A stretch of 64,000 nucleotides of DNA, from assembly GCA_951406725.2 (NCBI GenBank), contig OX597814.1, forward strand, positions 44,764,001-44,828,000, written 5' to 3'. Within the stretch, counting starts at the first letter, position 1. Every line of letters starts with the position of its first letter. Shown piece by piece: positions 1 to 11,710 of this stretch. The DNA comes from Octopus vulgaris. Taxonomy: Eukaryota. A program made the position numbers and the translations under genes. The notes below the pieces were generated by a model that was given only the letters and a program-made list of their open reading frames with translations, ran no database searches and was not told the origin of the DNA.

Positions 1-389
1 TTCCGTCGTTTTTTATTTTGATTTTACCTGCGTACCCTATGTTTCTTCCTTTATCTCATTCCATCTTTCTCATTTGTCATATACACCCTTCATTCTGTTA
101 CACACACACATACATACACACACACACACACACCATATACACATATCCCTCCTTTTCTATTTTCCTTTCTTATACTCTTTCTATCCACACCTGTTTCTCT
201 AAACGAATCAACGAATCCTTCCTCGTTCATTTTCTGTTTTCCTTATTCCCTCACAGAGACTTGCATTTCATGTTTTCTCACCTTTCTGTCCAGTTTTTAA
301 ATATTTTCTTTTTCAGATATTTCACCGTCCATTTCTTTTTAGGATGACACAGCGTTCTCAGCCACACTCATAATTTCGCTCTCTCCCTA

Positions 390-427
<38 letters not shown>

Positions 428-1256
428 TCGCTCTCATATTTCCTCATCGAGCCAAATTTTTATGACTAGTTTTCCAATACTAGCGCCTCCCCTCACACTC
501 AGTCGCTTTATCACTCAGTCTTCCGTATAACTTTTTCTCTTACATTATCTCCCTTTATCTCTAATCTTTTCTTTCTCTTTCACTATCACTTCATCTACCA
601 TATTCTCTATTTTGTTTTCTCTCTATTTTGCTACATAACCTTCTGCTTAATATCATACTTCTTTATCTTAAATCATTTAACATCTTTTCATTTTATACAC
701 TATCACTTCATCTAACATTTTCTCTGACGTATCGATGTTTTACTGTATATATTTCTGTCTAATATCTTCATATCTAATCGTTTAACATCTTTCCATTTTA
801 CACACTATCTCGCCATCAACCATCTTCTCCATCAGCTTGTCTCTCTCTTTCTCCGCTCCTTTCTATTGTATCACTTTGTAACTATTTTCTCCCCCATTCC
901 TGTCCGTGTACCTCCCTAATTTTTCTGTCATTTGCTCCCATTCGCAATATGTCATTTTCTTTTCATTTCTATCTTTCCTTTCATACATTTCTCATTTACT
1001 ATGCTTCGTATATTCGTTTTCTTCTTTCTCTCCCTGTCTATATCATTCGATTTCCATCTATGTACCTTACATTTTTTTTCACTTGCCACTTACCATCAAA
1101 AACCTGTCTTACATGTATTCATTCCACCTTTGTCAATTTCCCTTGTCTCGGACTCCATCTGTATACATTCTTGTTTCTTCTTCTTCTTCTTCTTTTTCTT
1201 CTTCTTCTATTACAACTACTACTTCTACTTCTTTTTCGGACTCTCTCCTTTCATAC

Positions 1257-1364
<108 letters not shown>

Positions 1365-1579
1365 CTATATTTATATTAATATTTATATATATAAATATAT
1401 ATATTTAAAATGAGGGTGAGAAATTGGTTATTAATTTAATTAAATTAACATCACTTTAAGACCAGTGGTCAAGCATATAACATCTGAAGGTTCAGTAAAC
1501 TGTATTATATACAAATGAGGGGCATAACCACGATGTGGACAACCCTTATGCTAGAAGTAGATCCGCTATGGTCTTAGTG

Positions 1580-1711
1580 GTATGTAGGTAGGTATGTAAG
1601 TAGGTATGTAGGTAGGTATGTAGGTATGTATGGTAGGTATATAGATAGGTAGGTAGGAAGGTAGGTAGGTAGGTAGGCAGGCAGGCGGGTAGCCAGGTAG
1701 GTAGATAGATC

Positions 1712-1801
<90 letters not shown>

Positions 1802-2170
1802 CATTTCGTTTTTTATTTGGTTTGCTAGATTCTTTATGTGAATTCGTGTGTTGAAGCATATTTTATTGTGCCTGGGTAAAGTCATTATGTTTTAATGCCT
1901 TTTTAAATTAACACACTCACCGGTTCGATTTCCACATGTTTGCTTATTTATTTTTTCTAAAATTTTCGCTGCTTCTTGCAACCTCTTCAATAGTCGTTGA
2001 TTCTGACCGTCATAGGTGCTGCGTAATTTTTTTGTCTGTTCGCATGTATGTACGTCAGTGTGTACATGTATACACATATGTATGTATGTATGTAGGTAGG
2101 TAGGTAGGTAGGTAGGTAGGTAGGTAGGTAGGTAGGTAGGTAGGTAGGTAGGTAGGTAGGTAGGTAGGTA
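1580..2170. repeat. Compound (GGTA)n/(GATA)n microsatellites
   Basis: GGTA/GATA runs at 1580-1801 and a GGTA run at about 2092-2170. Confidence 0.95.
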
Positions 2171-2535
2171 TGTGTGTATGCATGTATGTATGTATGTGTA
2201 TGCATATATATATATGTGTGTGTCTGTGCGTGTGTGTACACTTACTATGTATGTGTTCTGCACATTCATGTATTTTCATGGGCCTCTATGTTCATGTTTG
2301 TGTGATTTCATGCACGCGCGTGTGTGTGTGTGTGTGTGTTATGCAAATTACGTTGATGTAAAGAGCATGCGCTTTTGGCAGGAAGGGGAAGAGAGAGAAC
2401 GGCCATTCGGAATAACGTACAGAACAATGACTAAAAATTAGTTTCTTTGAACCAGGATTTACAGGTTATACATTACAATCGAAGAAGCTAATTTCTGAAA
2501 ATACACAATTGGGAAAAGGTGCAGAGCAGTCTATG

Positions 2536-2748
2536 CTCTTTACTCTTTTACTCTTTTATTTGTTTCAGTCATTTAACTGTGGCCGTGCTGGAGCACCACC
2601 TTTAGTCGACCCCAGGACTTATTCTCTGTAAGCCTAGTACTTATGCTATCGGTCTCTTTTGCCGAACCGCTAAGTTACGGGGGCGTAAACACACCAGCAT
2701 CGGTTCTCAAGCGATGTTGGAGGGCCAAACACAGACATGCAAATATAT

Positions 2749-2808
<60 letters not shown>

Positions 2809-2970
2809 GACGGGCTTCGTTCAGTTTCCGTCTACCAAATCCACTCACATGGCTTTGGTCTGCCCGAGGCTATAGCAGAAGATACTTGCCCAAGGTGCCA
2901 CGCAGTGGGACTGAACCCGGTACCATGTGGTTGGTAAGCAAGCTACTTACCACACACCCACTCCAACGCC
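2536..2970 (-). mobile_element. tRNA-derived SINE, family A (octopus-type), near full length with internal TA tract
   Basis: Minus strand has A-box/B-box-like GTGTGGTAAGTAG...GGGTTCAGTCCC and a (GAGTAAAA)-like tail; homologous copies at 30587, 37991 and 52489. Confidence 0.85.
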
Positions 2971-3006
2971 TATAGAGAAAAAAAATTGTGAAAGGATGTG
3001 AACGAT

Positions 3007-5418
3007 ATGGAAAGATACTTGAAACCTGACAGATTGAATGTAGACCCAAATTTTACAAATGCTAATAAAACTTTTAATCACTGGTTTAGAACTTTAACCG
3101 ACCTTATAGACTTACTACCAGGGCATAAAGGTATGATTATCGATAAACTCAATATTTTGATTAATTATGTAGAAAATGTATACGAGTTCATCACTGAAGC
3201 TAAGAACTACGGACAAGTTGTGAATACACTAAAGAGTGTGTACATTAAACTAAAGAACATCGTAATGGTACGCCATATTTCAGCCACAAGAAAACAGAAA
3301 CTAGGGTAATCTCTAGACCAGTGCTTAAACGAACTCAAAATACTAGCGAAAAACTGTGACTTTGTTGCAGTGAGTCTATAACCTCCATGGTTATACTGAA
3401 CAATATCTATAAAGCCAAAGCATTAATTGATAGCGGTAGCACTGACAAGAGCTTCATCAGTGAGAAGCTAGTGAATATACTCAACATCAAAACGGTCAAA
3501 TTGAAGAACGTCATTGGTATGGATTCTGCATTGAAGAACGTCATTGGTATGGCTTCTGCATCTCTTTTTGCGGAATCCGAGAGATACCGCACTGTTTCCC
3601 TATCCCTGATTAATCAGAAATACTACCATGTGAAGCTGTGCGTGCTCAAAAACATGTGCACTTACCTAATTCTGGGTACTGACTTCCAAGAACGGCATGA
3701 AAGTATGACCATACAATACGGAGGACAGAGATCACCATTAACATTTACTGCACTAACAGCTATGAAAAGTGATCCTCCAAAGCTATTCGCTCATCTCAGA
3801 GAGGACTGTTAACCTATTGCAGTCAAATCGCGGAAATACTCGGAACGTCATCAAGAGTTCATCGGGACAGAAGTACGCCGCTTAGCAGTTGCGAACATTA
3901 TTGAACCTAGTTACTCCCCTTGGAGATCGCAGGTGTTAGTTGTTAAAGAAGAAAAAAGCGAAGAATGGTGATTGACTAATCAGAGAAGATTAACAAATAT
4001 ACACAGCTTGATGCGTACCCACTTCCTAAAATTGATGAATTAATAAACACTATCGCCAAGTATAAAGTCTACAGTACTATGGACTTATGTTCGGTATACC
4101 ATCAGATTACTCTATCAGAGAAAGATCGTCAATTCACTGCCTTTGAAGCTGATGTTAAGTTATGGCATTATACTAGGATGCCATTCGGAGTAACTAACGG
4201 CAGCACATGTTTCCAACGTATAATGGACGACTTCGTGAGTAAATACAATCTGCGAGATACGTTCCCACTCATAGACAATTTAACCATATGTGGGAAAGAT
4301 CAAAATGACAACGATAAAGATTTTAGAAAAATTTGAAATTGCAGCAAAAAGTGAAGGGTTTACCATGAATGAAGACAAATGCGTTTACTCAGCAGCAACT
4401 CTTGACTTTCTTGGATACCGTATCTCACACAATACCCTCAGCCCTGGCCCAGAAAGGCTTGCTCCACACCTCAATCTTCCTACAATAACTGACGCGAAAT
4501 CATTAAGACGTATAGTCGGTATGTTTTCTTATGCTTAGTGGATCTCCAAATTTTCTGACAAAATATATCCTCTAAATAACGTATAAAAATTTCTTCTAGA
4601 CAGCGAACAAGTAAAAGCATTTGAGTCATTAAAGGTAGAACTAGCCAATGCTGCCATTCAAGTAATAGATGAGAACATTCCATTCACTGTTGAGACAGAT
4701 GCTTTGGATTTTGCCAAATCTGCGACACTAAATCAAGAAGGAAGACCTGTTGCATTCCATTCTTTCACACTGCAAGGTAGCGAACAGTACTACTCTCTTT
4801 GAAAATCGTGCCCTTCCAATATCTTCATGGCAAACAGTTCTTCCAGATGCATTGCATTCAATCAGATCTCTGCTTTGTATGTCCATTAACGCCACTCCTC
4901 ATGACCTCTTTTTAACTATCAAAGACGTTCAGCAACAGGAACATCTGTGCCAACATGGCTTCTTAACCCAAGACCTGTGCTTGTTCAAAGGAACAATCGC
5001 ACTAACAAGTATGACCTCTCATGGACCAAGTTGATTTAATCGAAGCCAACCCCCAATACGCACTCGTCCGTTACCCAGGCGGTCGCGAAACCACAGTATC
5101 CACAAGACAATTGGCATTACCAGGGAAGATTACCCCAACTGATAACCTAATCCAAACATCTGTCCCTCAAGAATCAGACAGAGCCAACTGAAATTTCTCC
5201 TACTCCTAGAGATTACCGCCAAGAACAAAATGAAGAATCCCTTCAACTGTGTCGTTCACAAAGGATTCGGAAAGCCCCGGAAGGCTTGATGTATGATTTT
5301 TTTCCTTCTTTTTCTAGGAGGGAGTGAATGTTATATGTGCCACCATATATGCCCTTGCCTGTCCGTATTAACTATGTACCCATCTACTTAACTGATTATT
5401 TTCATATCCCTTTACCTA

Positions 5419-5420
<2 letters not shown>
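3007..5420 (+). mobile_element. Decayed, internally deleted Ty3/Gypsy LTR retrotransposon (gag, protease, RT, partial RNase H, integrase C-terminus, PPT, start of 3' LTR)
   Basis: ALIDSGS protease motif; SPWRSQV, DAYPLPKIDE, MDLCSVYHQI, RMPFGVTNG and LIDNLTI RT motifs; FTVETDA RNase H; LHSIRSLLC..NATPH integrase; purine tract AGGAGGGAGTGAA at 5316-5328 followed by TGT. Multiple stops and frameshifts. Confidence 0.93.
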
Positions 5421-5457
<37 letters not shown>

Positions 5458-5480
5458 AGAAGCAACAAGAATGGATTAGT

Positions 5481-5571
5481 TTTTAGTACAATTGTTTCAT
5501 ACAAAGACAGGCTTTATTACAAGTTGCAAAAATTGCAGCAGATAAAAGTGGCCCGTACTCATCAGCTAAAA
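5481..5571 (-). ncRNA. Type I hammerhead ribozyme motif with an extended stem II
   Basis: Minus strand reads UUUUAG-CUGAUGA-GUAC...GUAU-GAAA-CAAUUG-UA-CUAAAA: 6-bp stem I, intact core, palindromic stem III, GUA cleavage triplet. Confidence 0.8.
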
Positions 5572-5859
5572 TACATATGAGTTCTCAAAACATCTTAGTG
5601 GGTGAGGCTATACTCATGAAGTATTGGAGATAATTTCATTAAAGGCAGATTTAGGTTGCAAACAGATTTCCAAAGTTCCTTAATGATGATGCACAGTCTT
5701 ATCACAGGTTCTTAAAAGCTGTTGTCGTGTTTTAGCAGACGTAACTAAAAACAATACCGTTTGTCAAGCGGTGGTTGAGGACAAACACAAGCATAAAGAC
5801 ATACACACATGCATGTATATGCAAATACATGCTGATAGATGGAGATCATAGTCTGCATA

Positions 5860-6780
5860 GTGGTGTAGAAGATATGTCTGAGATTCTGCAAAAGCAATAC
5901 TGCTCCACTTTCAGCAATCCAAGTATAATTAATCCTCACAGCATCGGTGAAACAAACACCGACACACTATCCGATATGTGATTTGGTACCTTCGGTATCA
6001 TAGTAGCTATTAACAAAATTACAAACAACTCAGCTGTAGGCTCCGACATGTTTCCCGTAAGAGTCATGAAGAAGTGCCACCATCAACTGGCATTCCCTCT
6101 GCTTATACTTCGGAGGAAATCACTAGACTGGTAATATTCCCAATGATTTACTATCCTGGTTGACTATCCCAGTTTTCGACGATGTTGACCACAGCACCCT
6201 CTTAAAGAAACTATAGAACATTGATGTCTTAAGAAAATTATTAAGGTGGATTGGGTGTTTTCTGGTCAACAGAACCCAGTATGTGGTGATAGATGGTGTT
6301 CGATCAAGTTCGACAAGAGTCATCACTGGAGTCTGACAAGACAATGTATTGTACCCACTCGTTTTCATTAGTTACATCAATGACATCATTCACGTCATCA
6401 AAGATAGCAGCATTTGAATTTTCGGGAATGACCCTAAGCTTCTTTACGTTGTCGACAGGGCAGCAAACCGAACTTATCCCGAATTGGATCTCTTATCCAA
6501 TGGGCGGAATAAAACACAATATGCAGCTAAACCAGAATAAGTTTGGATTAATTATTCGGCAAAGTGGGGCACTTAAACAACAATACGTTCTTCTCTCTGA
6601 TGAAAACTTCGGGACTGTAAACACCGTTAGGGATCCATGAATAACTCTCAACAACAACCTCAATTTGAGTGGCCAAACAACGAAGTCGACATGGCCCGCA
6701 TGGGCTTGCTCCTGGATTCTAAGGATCTTTTAATCTAGAGATGCTCCCATTTAATAAAACATCATCTTTTCCTATTCTGG
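5860..6780 (+). pseudogene. CR1/Jockey-group LINE ORF2 (RT) remnant
   Basis: Fragments LQKQYCSTFSNP, GSDMFPVRVMKKC..QLAFPL, FDDVDHSTLLKKL, QYVVIDG, NNMQLNQNKF, VRDP; heavily deleted and frameshifted. Confidence 0.75.
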
Positions 6781-6851
6781 TCGAAACTTATCTAAGTATC
6801 GTCTATGTGTATTGTGTGCGTCTATGTGTGTGAATAAAAGGCACATATAAT

Positions 6852-6908
<57 letters not shown>

Positions 6909-6958
6909 TTAATACACATGTATATATATGTGTGTGTGTATATATATATATATATCTA

Positions 6959-7008
<50 letters not shown>

Positions 7009-7031
7009 AATATAATATGTGACAATTATTC

Positions 7032-7069
<38 letters not shown>

Positions 7070-7200
7070 TATCTGAGAGGCACCACCATGCCGAAATAGC
7101 AGTCAAAACCCTGACTCTAAAAACCACCTAAAACGTTCATATCGCACCATGAGATAAGACAGGGGGACAAAATAAACTAGCAAAAAGAGTTTACTGGATA

Positions 7201-7258
7201 ATTCAAGATCCTGGATTTCTAGCTTTGCTTCAAATAGCTGTGCTTTGGTCAGTTGAAT
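7201..7258 (-). ncRNA. Degenerate hammerhead motif in the left arm (core CUGACCA)
   Basis: Minus strand AUUCAA-CUGACCA-...-GAAA-UCCAGGA-UC-UUGAAU; G8 is substituted. Confidence 0.55.
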
Positions 7259-7465
7259 ATACCAGATAGGCACATAAATACAAATATATATATAAAGAAC
7301 ATACGTTATACTTACATATACGAACGTCCAAACATACATATATATGCACGTATGTACACGGCCAGTCCAAATTGCCCCGCCAACCACCTTATATATACGT
7401 TCGTATATGTAAGTATAACGTATGTTCTTTATATATATATTTGTATTTATGTGCCTATCTGGTAT

Positions 7466-7524
7466 ATTCAACTGACGAAAGCAGAGCTTATTTGAAGCAA
7501 AGCTAGAAATCCAGAATCTTGAAT
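7466..7524 (+). ncRNA. Hammerhead motif in the right arm
   Basis: AUUCAA-CUGACGA-AAGC..[GCUU/AAGC]..GCUA-GAAA-UCCAGAA-UC-UUGAAU: 6-bp stem I and intact core, but mismatches at 10.1-11.1 and in stem III. Confidence 0.62.
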
Positions 7525-7759
7525 TATCCAGTAAAATCTTTTTGCTAGTTTATTTTGTCCCTTTGTCTTATCTCATGGTGCGATATGAACGTTTTAGGTG
7601 GTTTTTATAGTCAGGGTTTTGACTGCTATTTCGGTATGGTGGTGTCTCACAGATACCCTTATTTATAGTTGTAAAAAAAATTATTACCTTTGTATGGTAT
7701 TTATTCCCATGCTGGCCACTTGATAATATTGATATTTAAATATCGATATTATCCTTATT

Positions 7760-7796
<37 letters not shown>

Positions 7797-9413
7797 GTGT
7801 TCACATTTACTGTACTATTTTTTCGTCGTGATCCTTAAAGCACTTATTATCTGCATCTCTATTTTTATCATTCGTACTTTGTCCATCTTCTTCGCTAGCC
7901 TTTGCACTATTACTAGTTCCTTTTCTTCCATTCACCTCTTCCATTTATGCACTACTTTTTAAATGTCTTTCTAAATTTTGTATCTAATACATACATTTCC
8001 TTTTCCCCACACCCAACAACGCCACCATATGCTCACTTTCTCACTGGTCATTATTCTAACTTTCAGCTTTCCATCTCTTCCCTTAGTTTCACTAATCTCT
8101 TTTCCGATTAGTGACAATGTACTGAATATGTTATCTTCCTTTACTACCATTTTAATAACAAATATTGACACTCACGGAGGAGGTTGGGTTTTTTTTGTTG
8201 TTTTGCTTTTTGTTTTGTTTTTGAATTTTGCTGCTTTTGTTTTGTTTGTTTTTTTTGTATATTTCTATTGTCAATCTCTCTGATTTCACCGCAAGAGCAC
8301 TTCAACACATCGTTTCCATTCCTGAAGTCTTCGAGGAAATGTCAAGAGAATTCTATTACCAATTTTTCAGAATGAATGAAAAGGGACATTTCATGTATGT
8401 GGGAAATATATTTTCTTCTGTGCATACATTGATAAACACAGGCGGATGCACACACATTTACGTATACGTATGCAAAACTACTCTGTCATTTATATAGACA
8501 TATGCATCCAGCCCAGTCAAATACTCCACTCTTCTGTAGCCTCCTACACTTCTTCACCGAAGAAGAATTATCAGCATTTACGTTTGGAAATATGTAAATC
8601 CCGGGCAACAAATGCTGGTAAATGGCTTAAGAGAGGTAGCTTTTCAAATCCAGATTTACGGATAGCATTTTTGGCACTTGATTCGTCCGAGCTTTTGCAT
8701 GAGACCAGCACTGAACATTCCATGAGACTTTGTCTCGATGTAAATTCGCAGCTACCTTTTGAAATCAGTATTATAATCACTTGTAATTGTAGTCTGTAGG
8801 TTATAAAACCAATTAAAACCGCATATTGAGAATTGTAGAAGAATGAGCATATGATTTTTTTGCAGGGCGCCAAAGTTATAATTTGTTTTTCATCCTGGGA
8901 TCGTAGTGTTGGATCAAAGTCCCATCTCCGGGTATTAGTCACTATTTAAAGTGACGCCAGTTTTTATCTATAAGCATCCGAGTCACTATCCGAGACACCC
9001 AACGAGAGGAATCCTATGATATGAATAATTCCATTAACGGACATTAATCAACTGTGCCGTCTTCACCGTATTCCGTATTCAAGTGTACTTCTCCCTAACG
9101 ACACTTTGTAGCCTAATGTTTGATCACAGGGTATGACGGGTAGTCTTCGTGGAATGCAATTTGCATATAAGCGTTGATATCTCGCAACGCAATCTTCAAA
9201 AGCATCGCCAATTCAATAATAGCGCAATACTTCTATTTTCTGCTTCTGATATTCGTCAGTAATGGTCAACTACTTCAATTTCCTATTGGATCTCAAATGC
9301 AGATAACAAGAAAAATCTTTTAATTTTGTGACACATAATATACGCAATATATTTATAACAAGACAATAGAAAAGACAATAAATTGCCATATGTGGTGATC
9401 ATACTAAGATCAG

Positions 9414-9513
<100 letters not shown>

Positions 9514-10262
9514 CGTGCGGGAGAAAGTGAAATAAGTGTGATATCCACCACAAAGTAGTGCTCGGATAGATGCGAACTTCATCATGAGCGCATAACACCG
9601 TCATCCAAACTTAGCTATATGAACAAGTGTGTTCAAGCTGGTATGGGAATAGTAATAGAGATAATGTGTATATTTGCATTGGATACGGAATAAAGAAACA
9701 TAGTAAACAAGAGGAGTTAAGTATCAGTTTTAGTTCCAGAGCTGTTTCGGGAACATCAGAAGTTATGGCGTAACCACATTCATACATAATAAAGATCTAT
9801 GTTGCAGTAGGAGTATGTAATCACATAATATCCTATGGATCCGTTAAGCAAAGCAGTTTGCGACTTTCGTCCGAAAACGGACGTTACTGCATAACTCCTT
9901 TCACATACTTTGCTGTGCTATTCCATGTCCTGTATTTGGTTTTCCATTCGACCAAGTCCAAAACCACGCAGTTTCCAAGCGGATTTCGTGCGCTCGTATT
10001 AACGCACCCACGCTTGTGTGTACGTGTATGTGTGTGTAGGAGAGAAAGGCGAAGAGAAAGTGAGAGATTATAGTGGTCATGTTTGTGAATATCTCTCAGA
10101 GGGTACAAATTTCGTTCTTTACTACCTTTACTATACTCCGTCATTGGACTACAGATATAACATCACGTTTGAGCATTATAGTTAGACATATTAAGTCCAG
10201 TACACGCATTTATATTGGGTTGGCAACCAAGTTCCCGCCGGCTTTTTAAATTTTGGAATATA

Positions 10263-10650
10263 TATATATGTGTAAATTAATAAATTCTTTTTTAAAAATC
10301 TCCAGATGGAAGTATAAAAACGTTAAGACGTGCGTGTATAGGTAAAAAATATTGGAGTAAGTTTGAAGTGGTGATGGAAGCGAAGTAAAAGATACAATGA
10401 GGAGCGAAATTCAAATAATGGGTATTATATCCCTATACTTTCCCGCAATGAACACCCAGAAACGGCCGTTGGTGCCCTACTTCAATTTTAACTATCCCGA
10501 ATTTTAATTTTGCTCCTCATTGTATCTTTAATTTCGCTTCCATCACCACTTCAAACTTTCTCCAATATTTTTACTTATACACGCATGTATTAACGTTTTT
10601 GTACTTCCATCTGGAGATTTTTTTTAAATCTATTAAGTTACACATATATA
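10263..10650. mobile_element. Fold-back/MITE-like element, about 150-bp inverted arms, TA-flanked
   Basis: 10263-10416 versus reverse complement of 10500-10650 (e.g. AATCTCCAGATGGAAGTA / TACTTCCATCTGGAGATT). Confidence 0.85.
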
Positions 10651-11039
10651 TTTTTAATATATCTTTTTATTTATAGTGCTTTAAAACATATCTGTCTATT
10701 TATATATCATTCTATCATGTACATTTGTCTTTTAAATCTATCTCTAATCGGAGCCATGCTTGCGGATTGAATTACCTTGTTTCTTCACATTATACATTTA
10801 TATCTTTCGTCTCAAGTTACACTTGAGCACTTTTAAGTCCAAACCTCTACATTGTGAGAGAATTTCTAATCAATCTTCTTTCACAAAACAATTACATACA
10901 CACGCACACAATTGTCTATAGGCCCTGTCAGTGTATCTGTATACAATTATGCGCTTTGACTACATCATTAGAGCATTTTAGCTCTTGTTTCTAGCACTGT
11001 AGGTGTTTCTAACACCCCAGTCATATTTTCTGATGATTA

Positions 11040-11256
11040 TAGTTTTTCCTTTTGGTAGAACATTGCAGATCGCTGACTATATAGATCGCTAGTCACTACA
11101 CATTCTTTATTTACTCTCCTTGTTTCTTTCTGTGTTCCTTTCTGTGGAAGGGCGTAGGCTCGAAGCGTTAAAGACTTTTTCACTTCCCGAGCGTTATACT
11201 GATACAACTGTTTGTTGTCTACACTACCTGTCTTTGTCTTTTGTTTTATTTTCTCG
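11040..11256 (+). mobile_element. Penelope-LTR-like non-coding repeat with a degenerate hammerhead (11138-11173)
   Basis: CUUU-CUGUGGA-A-GGGC/GCUC-GAAG-CG-UU-AAAG; the downstream part resembles 44070-44185; ends at a TA tract. Confidence 0.55.
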
Positions 11257-11294
11257 ATATATATATGTGTGTGCGCGTGTGTGTGTGTGTGTAA

Positions 11295-11356
<62 letters not shown>

Positions 11357-11540
11357 CGGCAGAAGTGGGCTGGTCCACTACGAATAAATAGTTGACTGAC
11401 ACAGTCAGTAGGTCGGTCAACGATGGTACGCCGTTCGGACCAGTCCCGTAGAGACGATGAAATATGTCGTAATCATGGGACATACAATACACACACACAT
11501 ATACACACACATATATATACACATATATGCATACACACAC

Positions 11541-11593
<53 letters not shown>

Positions 11594-11626
11594 TGCATAC
11601 GTATATACATACACACATATATGCAT

Positions 11627-11710
<84 letters not shown>

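Larger units (their letters stand above)
7069..7656. mobile_element. Fold-back (palindromic) element: about 260-bp inverted arms, about 70-bp spacer, next to (TA)n
   Basis: 7069-7327 is the near-perfect reverse complement of 7397-7656; ORFs 7253+ and 7471- share the same N-terminal translation. Confidence 0.92.

Noticed and set aside
8446-8942. Overlapping ORFs of about 120 aa in unique sequence as host exons
   Set aside because: No recognisable domain and no convincing splice-site pair.
9725-9765. CUGAUGU..CCC-GAAA-CAGCUC on the minus strand
   Set aside because: No room for stem II, A9 is missing and stem I is unsupported.
9866-9885. Hairpin GUCCG-UUUU-CGGAC-GAAA on the minus strand, like HHR stem II
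   Set aside because: The upstream sequence is CAGUAAC rather than CUGANGA, and there is no stem III or cleavage site.
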